NCBI GenBank assembly: GCA_041666185.1
Contig: JBAYHL010000001.1
Coordinates: 2,421 to 66,420, forward strand
Length of the DNA: 64,000 bases
Direction of reading: 5' to 3'
Source: Patescibacteria group bacterium
Lineage (GTDB): Bacteria > Patescibacteriota > UBA1384 > UBA12157 > JAENIV01
This document shows positions 1 through 10,292 of the stretch, piece after piece. Every line of letters begins with the position of its first letter. Within the stretch, counting starts at the first letter, position 1. The notes under the pieces were generated by a model. That model saw only the letters and a program-made list of their open reading frames with translations. It searched no databases and was not told the origin of the DNA. The position numbers and the translations under genes are program-made.

Positions 1-45
1 TGGCATTTCGTTATTCATAATAAGTCCTTTCTTAATTAAAATAAT

Positions 46-858
46 TTAATTTTGACCAATTTGTTCAGAATTTTGACTTCGTGCCATATTACATAAAGCC
101 GCTTTTTCAACTAAATCACCATGTTGGCGCAAAACAATGTCTGTCACTTTAGCTCGTGATTCTCCTTTCAAAGAAGAATAAATTTTTCCTTGAATTTTCT
201 TAAAATGCTCTGAAACTTCTAATTCTACTTCCCGGAACTTCGCCCATTGAGCATTAATAGGTTTTTTCTCGACTTCACCAAGACTATTTAATCGTTCAAC
301 TGTTACGTAACCTTCTTTGTTGTAACCGCTAGGAAATGTTTCTTGAGCAAAATCACCCATTTCTGCCTCTAGAGCAGTGATTAGTTTTTGATCTCCACAA
401 GCTCCACTAAGTTCTTTTTTGTAATTAGAAAGATCATCTTTAATAAATTTTTCTGTATCTTGTGGTAAATTAAGTTCTTGTCCAGAACGATAAATTAAAT
501 CACCCACCAAAGTATCCGCTTCTGGTAATCTTTCTTTATCTTCTATTATATAGCTACCCTCCGACTTCCTTATTACACCTGCTTGAAATTCACTTGCTAA
601 AACAAGCGGTGATGTCATCTTAACGCCATTTTCATAACTTAAATATTCTCGAGCACCTGCCTCAGCTTCTTGAACAGAACCACCTAGCATTGAAAGCATT
701 ATTGCCGAGGGTAAAAGAAATTTTCCTCCAGGCATTTTCTGCAAGTATTCAGCCAACCTACCCATTATTCCAAGTTTATTTTCTTCCTCTAATACCTTGT
801 CGGTTTGTTCTTGCCAATTAGATTCCTCTTCAGAAGGTCCTCCAAATTCTTTATTCAT
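46..858 (-). CDS. hypothetical acidic protein (270 aa), no recognisable domain
   Basis: Uninterrupted ORF with coding-like composition; no motif I can assign. Confidence 0.5.
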   Translation of the reverse strand: MNKEFGGPSEEESNWQEQTDKVLEEENKLGIMGRLAEYLQKMPGGKFLLPSAIMLSMLGGSVQEAEAGAREYLSYENGVKMTSPLVLASEFQAGVIRKSEGSYIIEDKERLPEADTLVGDLIYRSGQELNLPQDTEKFIKDDLSNYKKELSGACGDQKLITALEAEMGDFAQETFPSGYNKEGYVTVERLNSLGEVEKKPINAQWAKFREVELEVSEHFKKIQGKIYSSLKGESRAKVTDIVLRQHGDLVEKAALCNMARSQNSEQIGQN

Positions 859-913
859 AAATATCTCCTTATCTTTAATTTAATCGAAATAGATTCTGTT
901 TTCAACTAAGTGT

Positions 914-941
914 TGACTTTTAGGTAATTTTAATCTAATAT
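914..941 (+). promoter_or_regulatory. sigma70-like promoter (TTGACT-16nt-TAATAT) ahead of the 974 gene
   Basis: Near-consensus -35/-10 hexamers, followed by an AAGGAGGA SD and a TTG start at 974. Confidence 0.4.
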
Positions 942-973
942 TTAGGCAACGACTATGCAAGGAGGACAGTATC

Positions 974-1219
974 TTGAAAACAATAGATAGAGAAACAGGT
1001 ACCCCAACCAACAGAGTAGAAGAGAAGGAGCTACCAATAACAGTAGCAGACGATTTCGACAAGGTTGTAGCGAACGCCGAAAAGGTGGCGGATGTCATCG
1101 ATAGACATCTGAACTTCGAGAGCAAACTTCAAGGCAGTGATTTGAATCCTGTTTCGCTTTGCCGAGAACAAAGAGTTGCTTTGACAACTGATTTGGACTC
1201 GGCAACACAACGGGGGTAA
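974..1219 (+). CDS. hypothetical small acidic protein (81 aa, TTG start)
   Basis: ORF with a strong SD; GC visibly higher than its neighbours. Confidence 0.45.
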   Translation: MKTIDRETGTPTNRVEEKELPITVADDFDKVVANAEKVADVIDRHLNFESKLQGSDLNPVSLCREQRVALTTDLDSATQRG

Positions 1220-1225
1220 CAAACC

Positions 1226-1609
1226 GTGAAGCTACTTTTTTCCAGAGACACAGAAGTTAGTCAAGATTGTGCCGACAAAACTATGTGCATTGTTCAACGA
1301 TACTTTAACCGGTTTGAAGTTGAGCAAGCTAGAGATTTACCAGAAGAAGCTAAAATCAGACTAGCCAGAGACATTAAAGCATATCTTGACGGCGCTATGA
1401 CTAACCCTCCTACCAAAAAAGAGTTGTCGGCTATCAAACGAAGTGACCGTCGCCGAAAAATGTCTGAACGACGCGGATACTGGGAAGACGTTGTTGACAA
1501 TGTCAAACAGGCTTGTAGAAATTTTTTTGAGGTAATCGCGGATATCCGCCGAGACATCACCTATCGTCTTTTACTTCGTCGACGTCGACGCCAACGGACG
1601 AAATTTTAA
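1226..1609 (+). CDS. hypothetical protein (127 aa, GTG start) with Arg-rich C-terminus (RRRRRQRTKF)
   Basis: ORF tightly coupled to the upstream 81-aa ORF; followed by an intrinsic terminator. Confidence 0.45.
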   Translation: MKLLFSRDTEVSQDCADKTMCIVQRYFNRFEVEQARDLPEEAKIRLARDIKAYLDGAMTNPPTKKELSAIKRSDRRRKMSERRGYWEDVVDNVKQACRNFFEVIADIRRDITYRLLLRRRRRQRTKF

Positions 1610-1626
1610 TCGACCACCCGCCCAAA

Positions 1627-1653
1627 CCGGAAGTAACCACTTCCGGTTTTTTT
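1627..1653 (+). terminator. rho-independent terminator (CCGGAAGT-aaccac-TTCCGG + T7)
   Basis: Perfect 8-bp stem followed by a T-run. Confidence 0.6.
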
Positions 1654-1679
1654 AAAAATTTTTAGGAAGTTTATTTAAA

Positions 1680-2216
1680 TTAGTCAGAATCAGTATCAGT
1701 TGAAAGTCGCGATAAGAGCACTATCCCAGTAACAAATAAAAGAATTCCATATACCAAGAAATATATCCCAAGTAACCACAACACTATCAGTGAGGTAAGA
1801 AGTGGGTATATTATCACTAGCACACCAAGAACAATGGTTAAAATTGACCCCAGAACATAAAGCCACCTTGCACCTGAATGTAATTTTTTATCAGTAAATA
1901 CAACGAAAAGCTCGTTTAGACCTAAAACAAGTGCCCATAAGGCCATTAAACATACAAATGCAGTTATTGTAATACCGGGCCAAACAAAAACGAGAATACC
2001 AATTATTATTTCAAAAATACCCATCGGGATAAACGATAACCATTTTCCGTCTTTTCGAGCCCTTCCACCAATAATTATTGCCGAAGAACCATCAACAATA
2101 GCAAAAATCGGGAAAAAAGTTAATAAGATTACCAACGTTTGTTCAGGCCAAATTACCAAAATGATACCCAAAATAAGCGCTAACACGCCGCGTAAAATTA
2201 GTGCTGCCGGATTCAT
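1680..2216 (-). CDS. HdeD-family (DUF308) acid-resistance-type membrane protein
   Basis: Repeated short TM helices with the G/I/L-rich pattern typical of HdeD. Confidence 0.6.
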   Translation of the reverse strand: MNPAALILRGVLALILGIILVIWPEQTLVILLTFFPIFAIVDGSSAIIIGGRARKDGKWLSFIPMGIFEIIIGILVFVWPGITITAFVCLMALWALVLGLNELFVVFTDKKLHSGARWLYVLGSILTIVLGVLVIIYPLLTSLIVLWLLGIYFLVYGILLFVTGIVLLSRLSTDTDSD

Positions 2217-2257
2217 TTTCCCTCCTTATGTAATTTTAACTTTTTAATTCAATCCTA

Positions 2258-3232
2258 TTATTTAACCCAAATCCTTAATGCATTCGACGGATTAAAACCT
2301 TCATATTCTGTTTGCACAATTTTACCCACAACCAAATCGGTTGGTTTAATACCATCAGTTATAATAGCACTGTCAGTTTTTTTAAAAGTAAGTGTTTTCT
2401 GAGACGAGGTTTCTAATATTATCACTTCCGACGGAGAAAAAGATACAACAGTTCCCAACGCTATAGCGGGTGTGTAACCAGTCTGTTTTTGATAGTCTGT
2501 TAAATTCTTCATATCGTAAGCATCTAAAGATAAAGGTTGTGCAGTATTGCTGCTAGCCGCAGAAGGACTACTTGTGGATGTTATGTCTTCGCCCGACCCC
2601 TTAAACCAATCATCTCTTTGTTTTTGAAGCTTTTCATTATCTTTTTTCGTTTCTATAGAATTATAAACAATAAAAAACACACCAACAGCTAAGAGAATAC
2701 AAATAATTATTTTAACAAGGGTTGAAAATTTATTCTTAATTGCTAAATATAAAAATATTAATAAATCAATAAAAATATTAGCAGTAAACAACAAATAAGC
2801 AAGCCCAGATGGAGATTCACATGTCCCTTCAATGCCGCAATAACTCATATGTCCAATTATCGCACTAATTGCAAGCTGGATGATAATTAAAGGTATAAAT
2901 TTTATAATGGTTATTGCTACCGAACTAGTCAATTTTTTATTAATCTTGCGTAAGATAAAAAATATTAAAAGTATGAACCCCACAGCGGTAATTAAAGGAA
3001 GTACTGATAATAAAAACACACTAATATTTTGATAATTTGTAGTTGAATTATTTATAAATATTTTATCAATAAATACACCTCTAATTATGTAATTAAAAAA
3101 TTGGGTACTAACAAAAACTCCAGCGAAAAAACTTATTATAATCATCCAACCAGTATTTAACTTGTCACTATTTTGTATTGTATTATTTTTTTGAGAACCA
3201 TTGTTTTCAGTCGTTGAGCGCGGTTGATTCAT
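2258..3232 (-). CDS. polytopic membrane protein with C-terminal extracytoplasmic domain, hypothetical
   Basis: Several hydrophobic helices then a Ser/Thr-rich linker and a beta-rich C-terminal domain. Confidence 0.5.
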   Translation of the reverse strand: MNQPRSTTENNGSQKNNTIQNSDKLNTGWMIIISFFAGVFVSTQFFNYIIRGVFIDKIFINNSTTNYQNISVFLLSVLPLITAVGFILLIFFILRKINKKLTSSVAITIIKFIPLIIIQLAISAIIGHMSYCGIEGTCESPSGLAYLLFTANIFIDLLIFLYLAIKNKFSTLVKIIICILLAVGVFFIVYNSIETKKDNEKLQKQRDDWFKGSGEDITSTSSPSAASSNTAQPLSLDAYDMKNLTDYQKQTGYTPAIALGTVVSFSPSEVIILETSSQKTLTFKKTDSAIITDGIKPTDLVVGKIVQTEYEGFNPSNALRIWVK

Positions 3233-3282
3233 TTTTACTCCTTTAAAATATATGACTTTTTAAATTATTTTTTTGGTTCCCC

Positions 3283-3861
3283 TTACTGAAATTTAAGAGT
3301 ATTTAATAAATGTTGATAAATTATATCCCCAGTTTTTTTAGACGGTGCGATTTCTTCCATTCCCTTAATGATATAAACATTACCATTAGCAAGAATGTAT
3401 GTTAATAAATCTCCTGTATGAGTATAAGCTGTTTTGCTACCAATCGTAATCTTGGTATATTTGGTTAAATCGCTATCGGCGTGAGAAACGCTTACATCTT
3501 TAATCCAATCTTCTATCGTTGATCGTGTGACGCCAACTTCTGTTTGGATGCTATATGTAATTTTATTAGCAGCAAATTGAACTAAATCTTGTGTCTTAGA
3601 ATCGCCTTCTCTTGTACTAGGGTATTTAATTGTCTCTTCTAGATCTTTTTCTAATCCTGTTACCGGATATTCAAAGCCATAATTGACTCTAGCATTTTTA
3701 TAAGTTTTCCATTCCGAGCTTTGACTTGCTGTTGGGCTAGTTATAGTTTTTGCCACTTCTTTGCTTCCTTTGGCGTTCCAGTAGGTAAATCCTCCGCCCA
3801 AGATCACGACAGTAGCAAGCACGACCCAAAGCCAAGTTCGAACTTTAAATTCCTTTGTCAT
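3283..3861 (-). CDS. membrane-anchored/secreted hypothetical protein (192 aa)
   Basis: N-terminal signal anchor (WLWVVLATVVILGGG), GGAGG SD upstream. Confidence 0.5.
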   Translation of the reverse strand: MTKEFKVRTWLWVVLATVVILGGGFTYWNAKGSKEVAKTITSPTASQSSEWKTYKNARVNYGFEYPVTGLEKDLEETIKYPSTREGDSKTQDLVQFAANKITYSIQTEVGVTRSTIEDWIKDVSVSHADSDLTKYTKITIGSKTAYTHTGDLLTYILANGNVYIIKGMEEIAPSKKTGDIIYQHLLNTLKFQ

Positions 3862-4084
3862 AATTTCTCCTCCTGAATAAATAATAATATACCGTTTACA
3901 AGACCGCTATCTAATTTAGAGTATACTACTTTTAACTTAAGAAAACAGCTTTTTACTGGTTTGAAGGCAATTTGGCTGATTTTCCATAAATAAGCTTTGA
4001 CTTCCCGTCGCGATACCATTTTCCTTAATCGAAAAACAAAAAAAAGACGGCCTACCATTTTGCCGCTATATAAATATTTATCTT

Positions 4085-4369
4085 TTAAGATGAGAGAAGA
4101 TAAATATATGAAAGTATGATAAGAAAATTACCAATAAAACCAAAAGTAATATTGGATGGACTAAAATTCTTTTTAATTGCGTTATACGAAAAGATCGATA
4201 AGGACAACATAAGACAGAAAGGAGAAATAATCATCATTAAACCTGAAATTACCATTAAGCCACTGCCATGCTCATTACTTGGAAGATTCGTTTTCATTAA
4301 TAGGAGAACAATAATAGTTAATAAATTTATAATAAGGAATAACCATCCTAAACTAATTTTTTTATTCAT
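4085..4369 (-). CDS. small membrane protein (94 aa), hypothetical
   Basis: Three hydrophobic segments; AT-rich. Confidence 0.35.
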   Translation of the reverse strand: MNKKISLGWLFLIINLLTIIVLLLMKTNLPSNEHGSGLMVISGLMMIISPFCLMLSLSIFSYNAIKKNFSPSNITFGFIGNFLIILSYIYLLSS

Positions 4370-4428
4370 AATTTCCCTCCATTAAAATTTAAATAAAAGC
4401 AAATATAAAAATAATAAAATGTTGGATT

Positions 4429-4499
4429 CTCCCGGGCAGGGATTCGAACCCCGACTACCAGGACCAAAACCTGGCGTCCTACCATTAGACGACCCGGGA
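4429..4499 (-). tRNA. tRNA-Gln (anticodon UUG), no encoded CCA
   Basis: Cloverleaf on the minus strand: acceptor UCCCGGG/CCCGGGA, anticodon loop UUUUGGU, T-loop GUUCGAAUC, discriminator G. Confidence 0.85.
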
Positions 4500-4544
4500 A
4501 TACATTTAGATAGTATCATTTTTCCCTTAATTTTTCAAGAATTC

Positions 4545-4575
4545 GCATATTAAAACAGCCCGTAAAATTTCAGGG
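4545..4575. terminator. bidirectional hairpin terminator (AACAGCCC-loop-GGGCTGTT)
   Basis: 8-bp stem flanked by A/T runs on both sides; lies between the tRNA and the 3' end of the minus-strand operon. Confidence 0.45.
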
Positions 4576-4606
4576 CTGTTTTAACGGCTGCTAAATTTGA
4601 AAGTTT

Positions 4607-5080
4607 TTACATTTCAGGGCCACCAGGACCACCATGTCCACGACCACCACCTAGACCATAATCGCGCAATTTGCTCATATCAATACCATTTTCGCTCTCC
4701 CAAGTTTGCATTTCCTGTTGCTGCTTCTCACGCTTCTTCTGCATTTCTGTTTGTTTGTCCAAAATCTTTTGCTTTTGGTCAGCGGTAATGACACCGTCCG
4801 TCACCGCTTGATCCAATTTTTTGCTCATTTCTTCCTGTTTCTGAGCTTGTTTTTCCTGATTAATTTGACTAAATGCATCCGAGACCTTGCTTTCATCTAT
4901 ATTTAATTTAGAAGCAAGTTCGGAAGTCATTGACTGACGATTACCATTACCTTCAGCTTTAACGACACCAGTTGACCATAAGGTTGCTCCAGTTGCCGCA
5001 ATACCCAATGCAATCGCCGGAATCAAAATCTTTTTATTTAACAATTTTCTCACCTCCTCTCTGAAATTTACTTCGACCAA
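4607..5080 (-). CDS. secreted protein, possible Spy/CpxP-like (LTxxQ-type) periplasmic stress protein
   Basis: Signal peptide (KILIPAIALGIAATGATLWS), Gln/Lys-rich helical region with an ITADQKQKI motif, Gly-rich tail; sits downstream of the HK/RR pair. Confidence 0.4.
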   Translation of the reverse strand: MVEVNFREEVRKLLNKKILIPAIALGIAATGATLWSTGVVKAEGNGNRQSMTSELASKLNIDESKVSDAFSQINQEKQAQKQEEMSKKLDQAVTDGVITADQKQKILDKQTEMQKKREKQQQEMQTWESENGIDMSKLRDYGLGGGRGHGGPGGPEM

Positions 5081-5112
5081 ATCTATCGTACTAATTAAGA
5101 CTTAAAATTAGC

Positions 5113-6102
5113 TTAGAAAGGCAAGACCACCACAAATTCACTCCCTTTGCCAGGTTTACTAGTGGCCGAGATCACACCACTATGTAATTCAACAATTTGT
5201 TTAGCGATTGAAAGTCCTAGTCCATAGCCATCGACCTTTTCTTTTGAACGTGAACTATCAGCACGATAAAATCTATTAAAAATATATGGCAAATCGGAAG
5301 CTTTAATACCCATACCAGTATCTTTAATTTTTATTATGACGTGTTTTTTATCTTTTTTCATTGAAATAGAAATTTTATCTCCCTTAGAACTATATTTAAT
5401 AGCGTTATCAAACAAAATAACGAATAATTCAATCAAACTCTGCTGATCGCCATTAACCAAAATATGCAAAAGATTATTCTCAAAATCAACCTCTTTTTTT
5501 TGAGCTAGTTTTTCAATTTTTTCAAAGGCCTCAATAATTATTTGATCAAGTTCAACTTTTTGAAAACTTTTTCTCAAATCTTCCTGCACCTGAGCCAATT
5601 TCAACAATGCTCCAGAAAGAGCTTCCAACTTACTAATTTCTTCCAGATTACTAAGCAAAAGTTTTTTAGCCGATAAAAGACCCAATTTTTTATCTCTTAT
5701 GGCAACTTCAATCTCGCTCCGCATGGCTGCTAATGGTGTTCGAAGTTCATGGGAAGCATCAGCGGTAAATCGATTTTGCAACTCCATTGCCTCCTCAATT
5801 GGCCGCAAGGTTCTTTTAGCTAAAAAGTAGCTTACCGAGGCTGACAAAACAAAGATTATAAGATTAAAATAAATTAAATTTATTTGTAAGAGTTCATTGC
5901 TTTCGGTAATCTGTTTCTTCCTTAATTCTTCAATTTCGCGCATAGGTCCAGAATTTTTAAATAGATTTGATTGCTTATCAAATCCCCGACCAATCTCTTT
6001 AGTCGATATTTGATAAATAGTAAAACTAAAAATTACGCTAATTGTCATAACAATTAGAACGTAAAAAAGTGTTAATTTTAAATAAGCTAATTTAAAAGTC
6101 AT
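5113..6102 (-). CDS. sensor histidine kinase (HisKA + HATPase_c)
   Basis: H-box HELRTPL, G-boxes DTGMGI and [11 protein letters not shown], two N-terminal TM segments. Confidence 0.9.
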   Translation of the reverse strand: MTFKLAYLKLTLFYVLIVMTISVIFSFTIYQISTKEIGRGFDKQSNLFKNSGPMREIEELRKKQITESNELLQINLIYFNLIIFVLSASVSYFLAKRTLRPIEEAMELQNRFTADASHELRTPLAAMRSEIEVAIRDKKLGLLSAKKLLLSNLEEISKLEALSGALLKLAQVQEDLRKSFQKVELDQIIIEAFEKIEKLAQKKEVDFENNLLHILVNGDQQSLIELFVILFDNAIKYSSKGDKISISMKKDKKHVIIKIKDTGMGIKASDLPYIFNRFYRADSSRSKEKVDGYGLGLSIAKQIVELHSGVISATSKPGKGSEFVVVLPF

Positions 6103-6779
6103 TTTTCCACCACCATTCTATAACCAAATCCACGAACAGTTTCAATTAATGGTTTTTTATTAGGAAAAATTTTATCAATTTTTTGTCTTAAATAACCAAT
6201 ATAAACTTCAACTGTGTTGGGTAAAATATCGGCATCGTAATCCCAAACATGAGAAATAATATTATCTTTAGTCAAAATTCGTCCCGGATTTCTCATTAAA
6301 TACTCTAACAAAGCAAATTCTTTATTAGATAAAATAATTTTTTCGAGCCCTCTTTTAACTTCAAAAGTTTCAGGATTTAAACTAAGATCACTAATTTTTA
6401 AAACTTTTGATAATGTTTTTACTGGACGACGAAGTAAAGCTCTTACTCTAGCTAATAATTCTTCAAAAGCAAATGGTTTAACTAAATAATCATCGGCACC
6501 GGCATTTAGCCCTTCAACTTTATCTGAAATTTTATCTTTAGCAGTCAAAATCAAAATAGGAACGTGTTTGCCTTCTTTTCTTAAACCAGAACAAATTTTT
6601 AGACCATCAATCTCCGGCAACATTCGATCGATAATAATTAGATCGTAATTTTCCGTTAAAGCAAAGCCTAGGCCATCTTTACCATTATAAGAAACATCGC
6701 AAGCAAAAGACTCCTGTTCAAGGCCTTTTTTGACCGCTCCGGCAATTTTGTGGTCGTCTTCAATAATTAAAATTCTCAT
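6099..6779 (-). CDS. OmpR-family response regulator (REC + winged helix)
   Basis: MRILIIEDD, receiver Asp, C-terminal wHTH (GYRMVVEK); 4-nt overlap with the kinase gene. Confidence 0.9.
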   Translation of the reverse strand: MRILIIEDDHKIAGAVKKGLEQESFACDVSYNGKDGLGFALTENYDLIIIDRMLPEIDGLKICSGLRKEGKHVPILILTAKDKISDKVEGLNAGADDYLVKPFAFEELLARVRALLRRPVKTLSKVLKISDLSLNPETFEVKRGLEKIILSNKEFALLEYLMRNPGRILTKDNIISHVWDYDADILPNTVEVYIGYLRQKIDKIFPNKKPLIETVRGFGYRMVVEK

Positions 6780-6837
6780 TATGAGTATTTTATACCTAAA
6801 TTACCTGAGAATCAACTGAGAATGGGTACAAAAAAAA

Positions 6838-7185
6838 CCTTAAGCAATCGATAAGCCAGGTTTTGTTTTGACAGCATCTATCTAAGCGTCGGAACTCCTT
6901 GGACGTCAGGTCGAGTAAACCTTTGATGATGAATGGAGCCCATCCGACTTGCACTATGCAGGGTTTGCCCCGCGCTATGTCGCCATAGGCACGCGTGCGC
7001 TCTTACCGCACGATTTCAACCTTACCCTTCGACTCCACGCTTGCGCGTTTCGCTCAGGGCGGTATGTTTCTGTTGCACTTTCCCTAGGGTCACCCCCGGT
7101 CGTATTTAAACGACTACAACACTCTATAGTGCCTGGACTTTCCTCCCCGATTTAACATCGGGGTAACTGCCTCGATTACTTAAGG
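6838..7185 (-). ncRNA. rnpB: RNase P RNA (bacterial type A)
   Basis: On the minus strand: P4 GGAGGAAAGUCCAGGCAC; AAGUGCAACAGAAACAUACCGCC; GGUAAGGUUGAAAUCGUGCGGUAAGAGCGCAC; 3' ACAAAACCUGGCUUAUCGAUUGC. These align with the E. coli M1 RNA conserved blocks, and a P1 helix forms between the ends. Local GC is elevated. Confidence 0.9.
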
Positions 7186-7227
7186 CAACCTAATTATACC
7201 TTAAAACTACAAAAAAGTCAATGTGTT

Positions 7228-7899
7228 TTACTTATATAAAGTTAATGGATCAATCCAGCCAGAAAGTTCTGACTCATTTTGAACATAACCTTTTAGATCA
7301 ACTCTATTGTCTGATAAAATAGCAAAATGGAGATGTCTTCTTTCATTATCGGTTTCCGAGCTGTAACCTGTCCCCAAAACAGCAATTTGCTCTCCTTTTT
7401 TAAAACTTTGACCAACTTGAGGTAAACTTTCTGGTCGAAGATGACCATAAAGAGCCGTGTGATCTACGCCATCTAGCTTAAAATCAATTATTAATACTCC
7501 ACCATATCCTGAAGCCGTTCTCGACAAAACAATTGCCCCATCAGCTAAAGCATAAACTGGCACATCGGTGTCAACATCTTGGTATTCAACATCGACACCG
7601 GTGTGAAATCCCGTAAATCGTTCCGGTGAAACAGGAGAATTTTCAGGAGTTATATAAATCCCAAATGGTTTTTTAGTAATCCTTTGCTTAAATTGAGCAA
7701 TTGGTTCAGCGAAAGCTTGGGTAGTAATTGTAGTTGGAGCAGCTATTGGTGAAGAGTTCGTAGGTGTAATAGTTGGTGTATTTTGAATAATATTACTTTT
7801 ATTATTTTTAATTTGACGATTTATAAAATAGGCCGAAACAATTAAAACAATTATTAAAATTGCTAGAAAAACAATCCAAACTTTATTTTTGTTTGTCAT
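7228..7899 (-). CDS. M23 family metallopeptidase (LytM domain) with N-terminal TM anchor
   Basis: HTGVDV...HLHF metal-binding motifs, N-terminal TM helix. Confidence 0.85.
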   Translation of the reverse strand: MTNKNKVWIVFLAILIIVLIVSAYFINRQIKNNKSNIIQNTPTITPTNSSPIAAPTTITTQAFAEPIAQFKQRITKKPFGIYITPENSPVSPERFTGFHTGVDVEYQDVDTDVPVYALADGAIVLSRTASGYGGVLIIDFKLDGVDHTALYGHLRPESLPQVGQSFKKGEQIAVLGTGYSSETDNERRHLHFAILSDNRVDLKGYVQNESELSGWIDPLTLYK

Positions 7900-7946
7900 A
7901 CTTTAATTTTACCCGACAAACCATTTCAAAACAAAGTTTTATCTAC

Positions 7947-8378
7947 TTATTGGCTAGGTCGGATTTGAACATTTTTAGCAGCAATTGAACCATCTGAATT
8001 TGAAGTACCATCAGCACTAATATTTTGGCCTACGGCTAAATCTGAAGGTGTTCCTTTGTCTGATTTAGCAATCGTTGTTGAATCAGAAAGATAGATAACT
8101 TTTGTACTACCATCTTGAGTTTTAATTGTCATACTTTCATCATCTTTTGAAATAATGCTCCCGGAAATAAAATTACCACCATTTTTATTGTTACCATTAC
8201 CTCCGCGAGCATCTATACCTCCAGGAGGCATCTGACCATTAAATCCCTTCTTTAAATGCGCTTGCTGATACCTCATTCCCCCATAAAAAGATCCACCGGA
8301 AGCGACAATTATTGCTACAATAGCAATAATCAAAAAGTTTTTTTTCATGTTCTTGTCCTTTCTAATTAATTTATTCAT
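7947..8378 (-). CDS. small secreted Gly/Asn-rich protein (143 aa), hypothetical
   Basis: Signal peptide, GGNGNNKNGGN low-complexity segment then a beta-rich domain; overlaps the permease gene by 8 nt. Confidence 0.55.
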   Translation of the reverse strand: MNKLIRKDKNMKKNFLIIAIVAIIVASGGSFYGGMRYQQAHLKKGFNGQMPPGGIDARGGNGNNKNGGNFISGSIISKDDESMTIKTQDGSTKVIYLSDSTTIAKSDKGTPSDLAVGQNISADGTSNSDGSIAAKNVQIRPSQ

Positions 8379-9588
8379 ATCTTAACGCTTCAATTGGATT
8401 AAGGCTGGCTGCCCGACGAGCTGGGTAATAGCCAAAAATAATTCCTACTGCAGCCGACACACCAAAAGCCAACAAAATAGAATATAACGTCACCTGACCA
8501 GTTATGCCAACTACTTTACTAAGAATTAATGATGCCAGCCAACCTAAAATAATTCCGAAAATACCACCTAAAAATGTTAACATAATCGCTTCAAATAGAA
8601 ATTGAGTAATAATATTTTTCTTTTTTGCACCAATAGCCTTTCTTAGACCAATCTCTCGAGTTCTTTCCGTAACAGTTATTAACATCATATTCATAATCCC
8701 TATTCCTCCAACTAAAAGAGAGATTCCAGCAATTCCCGCGAGCAAAGTTGTGAGGGTACTTGTAATACTAGAAGCAGCCGAAACTATATCATTTTGATTT
8801 ATAATGCTAAAATCTGCTGACAAAGAATCGGAAATTTTATGCCTTGTTAAAAGTAAATTATTAACCTGAGTTTGAACTGATACCATCGAATCCTCATCTT
8901 GTGCAGCAACATTAATACTGGAAAGATACTTATTTCCAGAAAGATAACGCTGAGCAGTCGTAATTGGAATGTAAATCGCATCATCAGGACTATTAAACCC
9001 TGACCCACCTTTTGCCTTTGTTATCCCAACCACTTTAAAGTTCACTCCATTAATACGAATCGTTTTGCCAATAGCGTCGGCATTTTCACCGAATAAGTCA
9101 TCTCTTGTTGTCGGACCAAGAATAGCTATTTTAGAAGTACTTTTAACTTGTTGTTCTGTGACAAAACTACCACTATCAATACTAATCGATCTAACAATTG
9201 AATAATCTGGCTCCGTTCCAACTACACTCGTGTTGGTATTTTTATCACCAGCGGTAACTTGATAACGCTTTGAGACATCGGCAGCAACACCTTTTATATT
9301 AGTAACTTCATCTTTAATAGCGTCGGCATCTGCTTGAACTAATGTTTGGGCGCTGCCTCTACCCGAACTAACACCTGAACTACGTTGAGCTCCCGGCTGA
9401 ACTAATATTAAATTTGAACCAATCGACTGAATGCTTTCTTGAATTGAATTTTTCGCTCCTTGACCAAGAGAAATCAAAGCAATAACCGAAGCAATGCCGA
9501 TAACAATACCTAAAATTGTAAGAAATGATCGAGCCTTATTACCAGAAATTGACCAGAAAATTTCTTTAGTTAAATCTTTTATACTCAT
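8371..9588 (-). CDS. ABC transporter permease, FtsX/MacB family
   Basis: N-terminal TM, large extracytoplasmic domain, three C-terminal TMs, conserved C-terminal IEALRYE. Confidence 0.85.
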   Translation of the reverse strand: MSIKDLTKEIFWSISGNKARSFLTILGIVIGIASVIALISLGQGAKNSIQESIQSIGSNLILVQPGAQRSSGVSSGRGSAQTLVQADADAIKDEVTNIKGVAADVSKRYQVTAGDKNTNTSVVGTEPDYSIVRSISIDSGSFVTEQQVKSTSKIAILGPTTRDDLFGENADAIGKTIRINGVNFKVVGITKAKGGSGFNSPDDAIYIPITTAQRYLSGNKYLSSINVAAQDEDSMVSVQTQVNNLLLTRHKISDSLSADFSIINQNDIVSAASSITSTLTTLLAGIAGISLLVGGIGIMNMMLITVTERTREIGLRKAIGAKKKNIITQFLFEAIMLTFLGGIFGIILGWLASLILSKVVGITGQVTLYSILLAFGVSAAVGIIFGYYPARRAASLNPIEALRYE

Positions 9589-10262
9589 CGAACAGTGTCC
9601 TTTTCAATTTGACCATCACGAATAGAAATAATGCGCTTGGCGTTTTGAGCAATATCATGTTCGTGAGTAATTAAAACAATTGTACGACCCTTTCTATTAA
9701 GTTGCTTAAAAGTATCCATAACAATTTGACTGGTTTTAGTATCAAGATTGCCGGTTGGTTCATCGGCTAAAATTAGGGTTGGGTTATTTACCATTGCTCG
9801 GGCAATTGCCACTCGTTGCATTTGACCGCCTGAAAGCTGATTGGAATATTTATTAAAATGAACCTCATCAAGACCAACATCTTTAAGAGCTTGTCTAGCT
9901 AGGTTCTCGCGTTTCTCGGCTGTGATATTGCTATAAATTAAAGGAAGACAGACATTACGCAGTACTGTTGCGCGAGGCAATAAATTAAATGCCTGAAAAA
10001 CAAAACCTATTTTTGTTCGACGTAAATCAGCAAGCTGGTCATCATCTAATTTTGAGACGTCTTTACCATCAAGAAAATATTTTCCATTTGTCGGCGTATC
10101 AAGTGCTCCCAAAATATGCATTAAAGTTGATTTACCAGACCCAGAAGGACCAACAATAGCCGTAAATTCACCATCGCTAATTTTTAAAGACACATTATCT
10201 AAAACTGTCGTTGACATATCACCTGTTTGGTAAATTTTTGTAATTCCTTGGCATTCAATCAT
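9585..10262 (-). CDS. ABC transporter ATP-binding protein (MacB/LolD-like)
   Basis: Walker A GPSGSGKST, signature LSGGQMQRVAIARA, Walker B ILADEPTGNLD. Confidence 0.9.
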   Translation of the reverse strand: MIECQGITKIYQTGDMSTTVLDNVSLKISDGEFTAIVGPSGSGKSTLMHILGALDTPTNGKYFLDGKDVSKLDDDQLADLRRTKIGFVFQAFNLLPRATVLRNVCLPLIYSNITAEKRENLARQALKDVGLDEVHFNKYSNQLSGGQMQRVAIARAMVNNPTLILADEPTGNLDTKTSQIVMDTFKQLNRKGRTIVLITHEHDIAQNAKRIISIRDGQIEKDTVR

Positions 10263-10292
10263 GTTATTTCTTTTCTAAATATTTACATAGTA

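Noticed and set aside
3858-4058. 66-aa minus-strand ORF
   Set aside because: No SD; it overlaps the promoter/leader of the 192-aa gene. AT-rich with poor coding character.
6949-7155. 68-aa plus-strand ORF
   Set aside because: Lies entirely within the RNase P RNA on the opposite strand; the GC-rich structured RNA explains the open frame.
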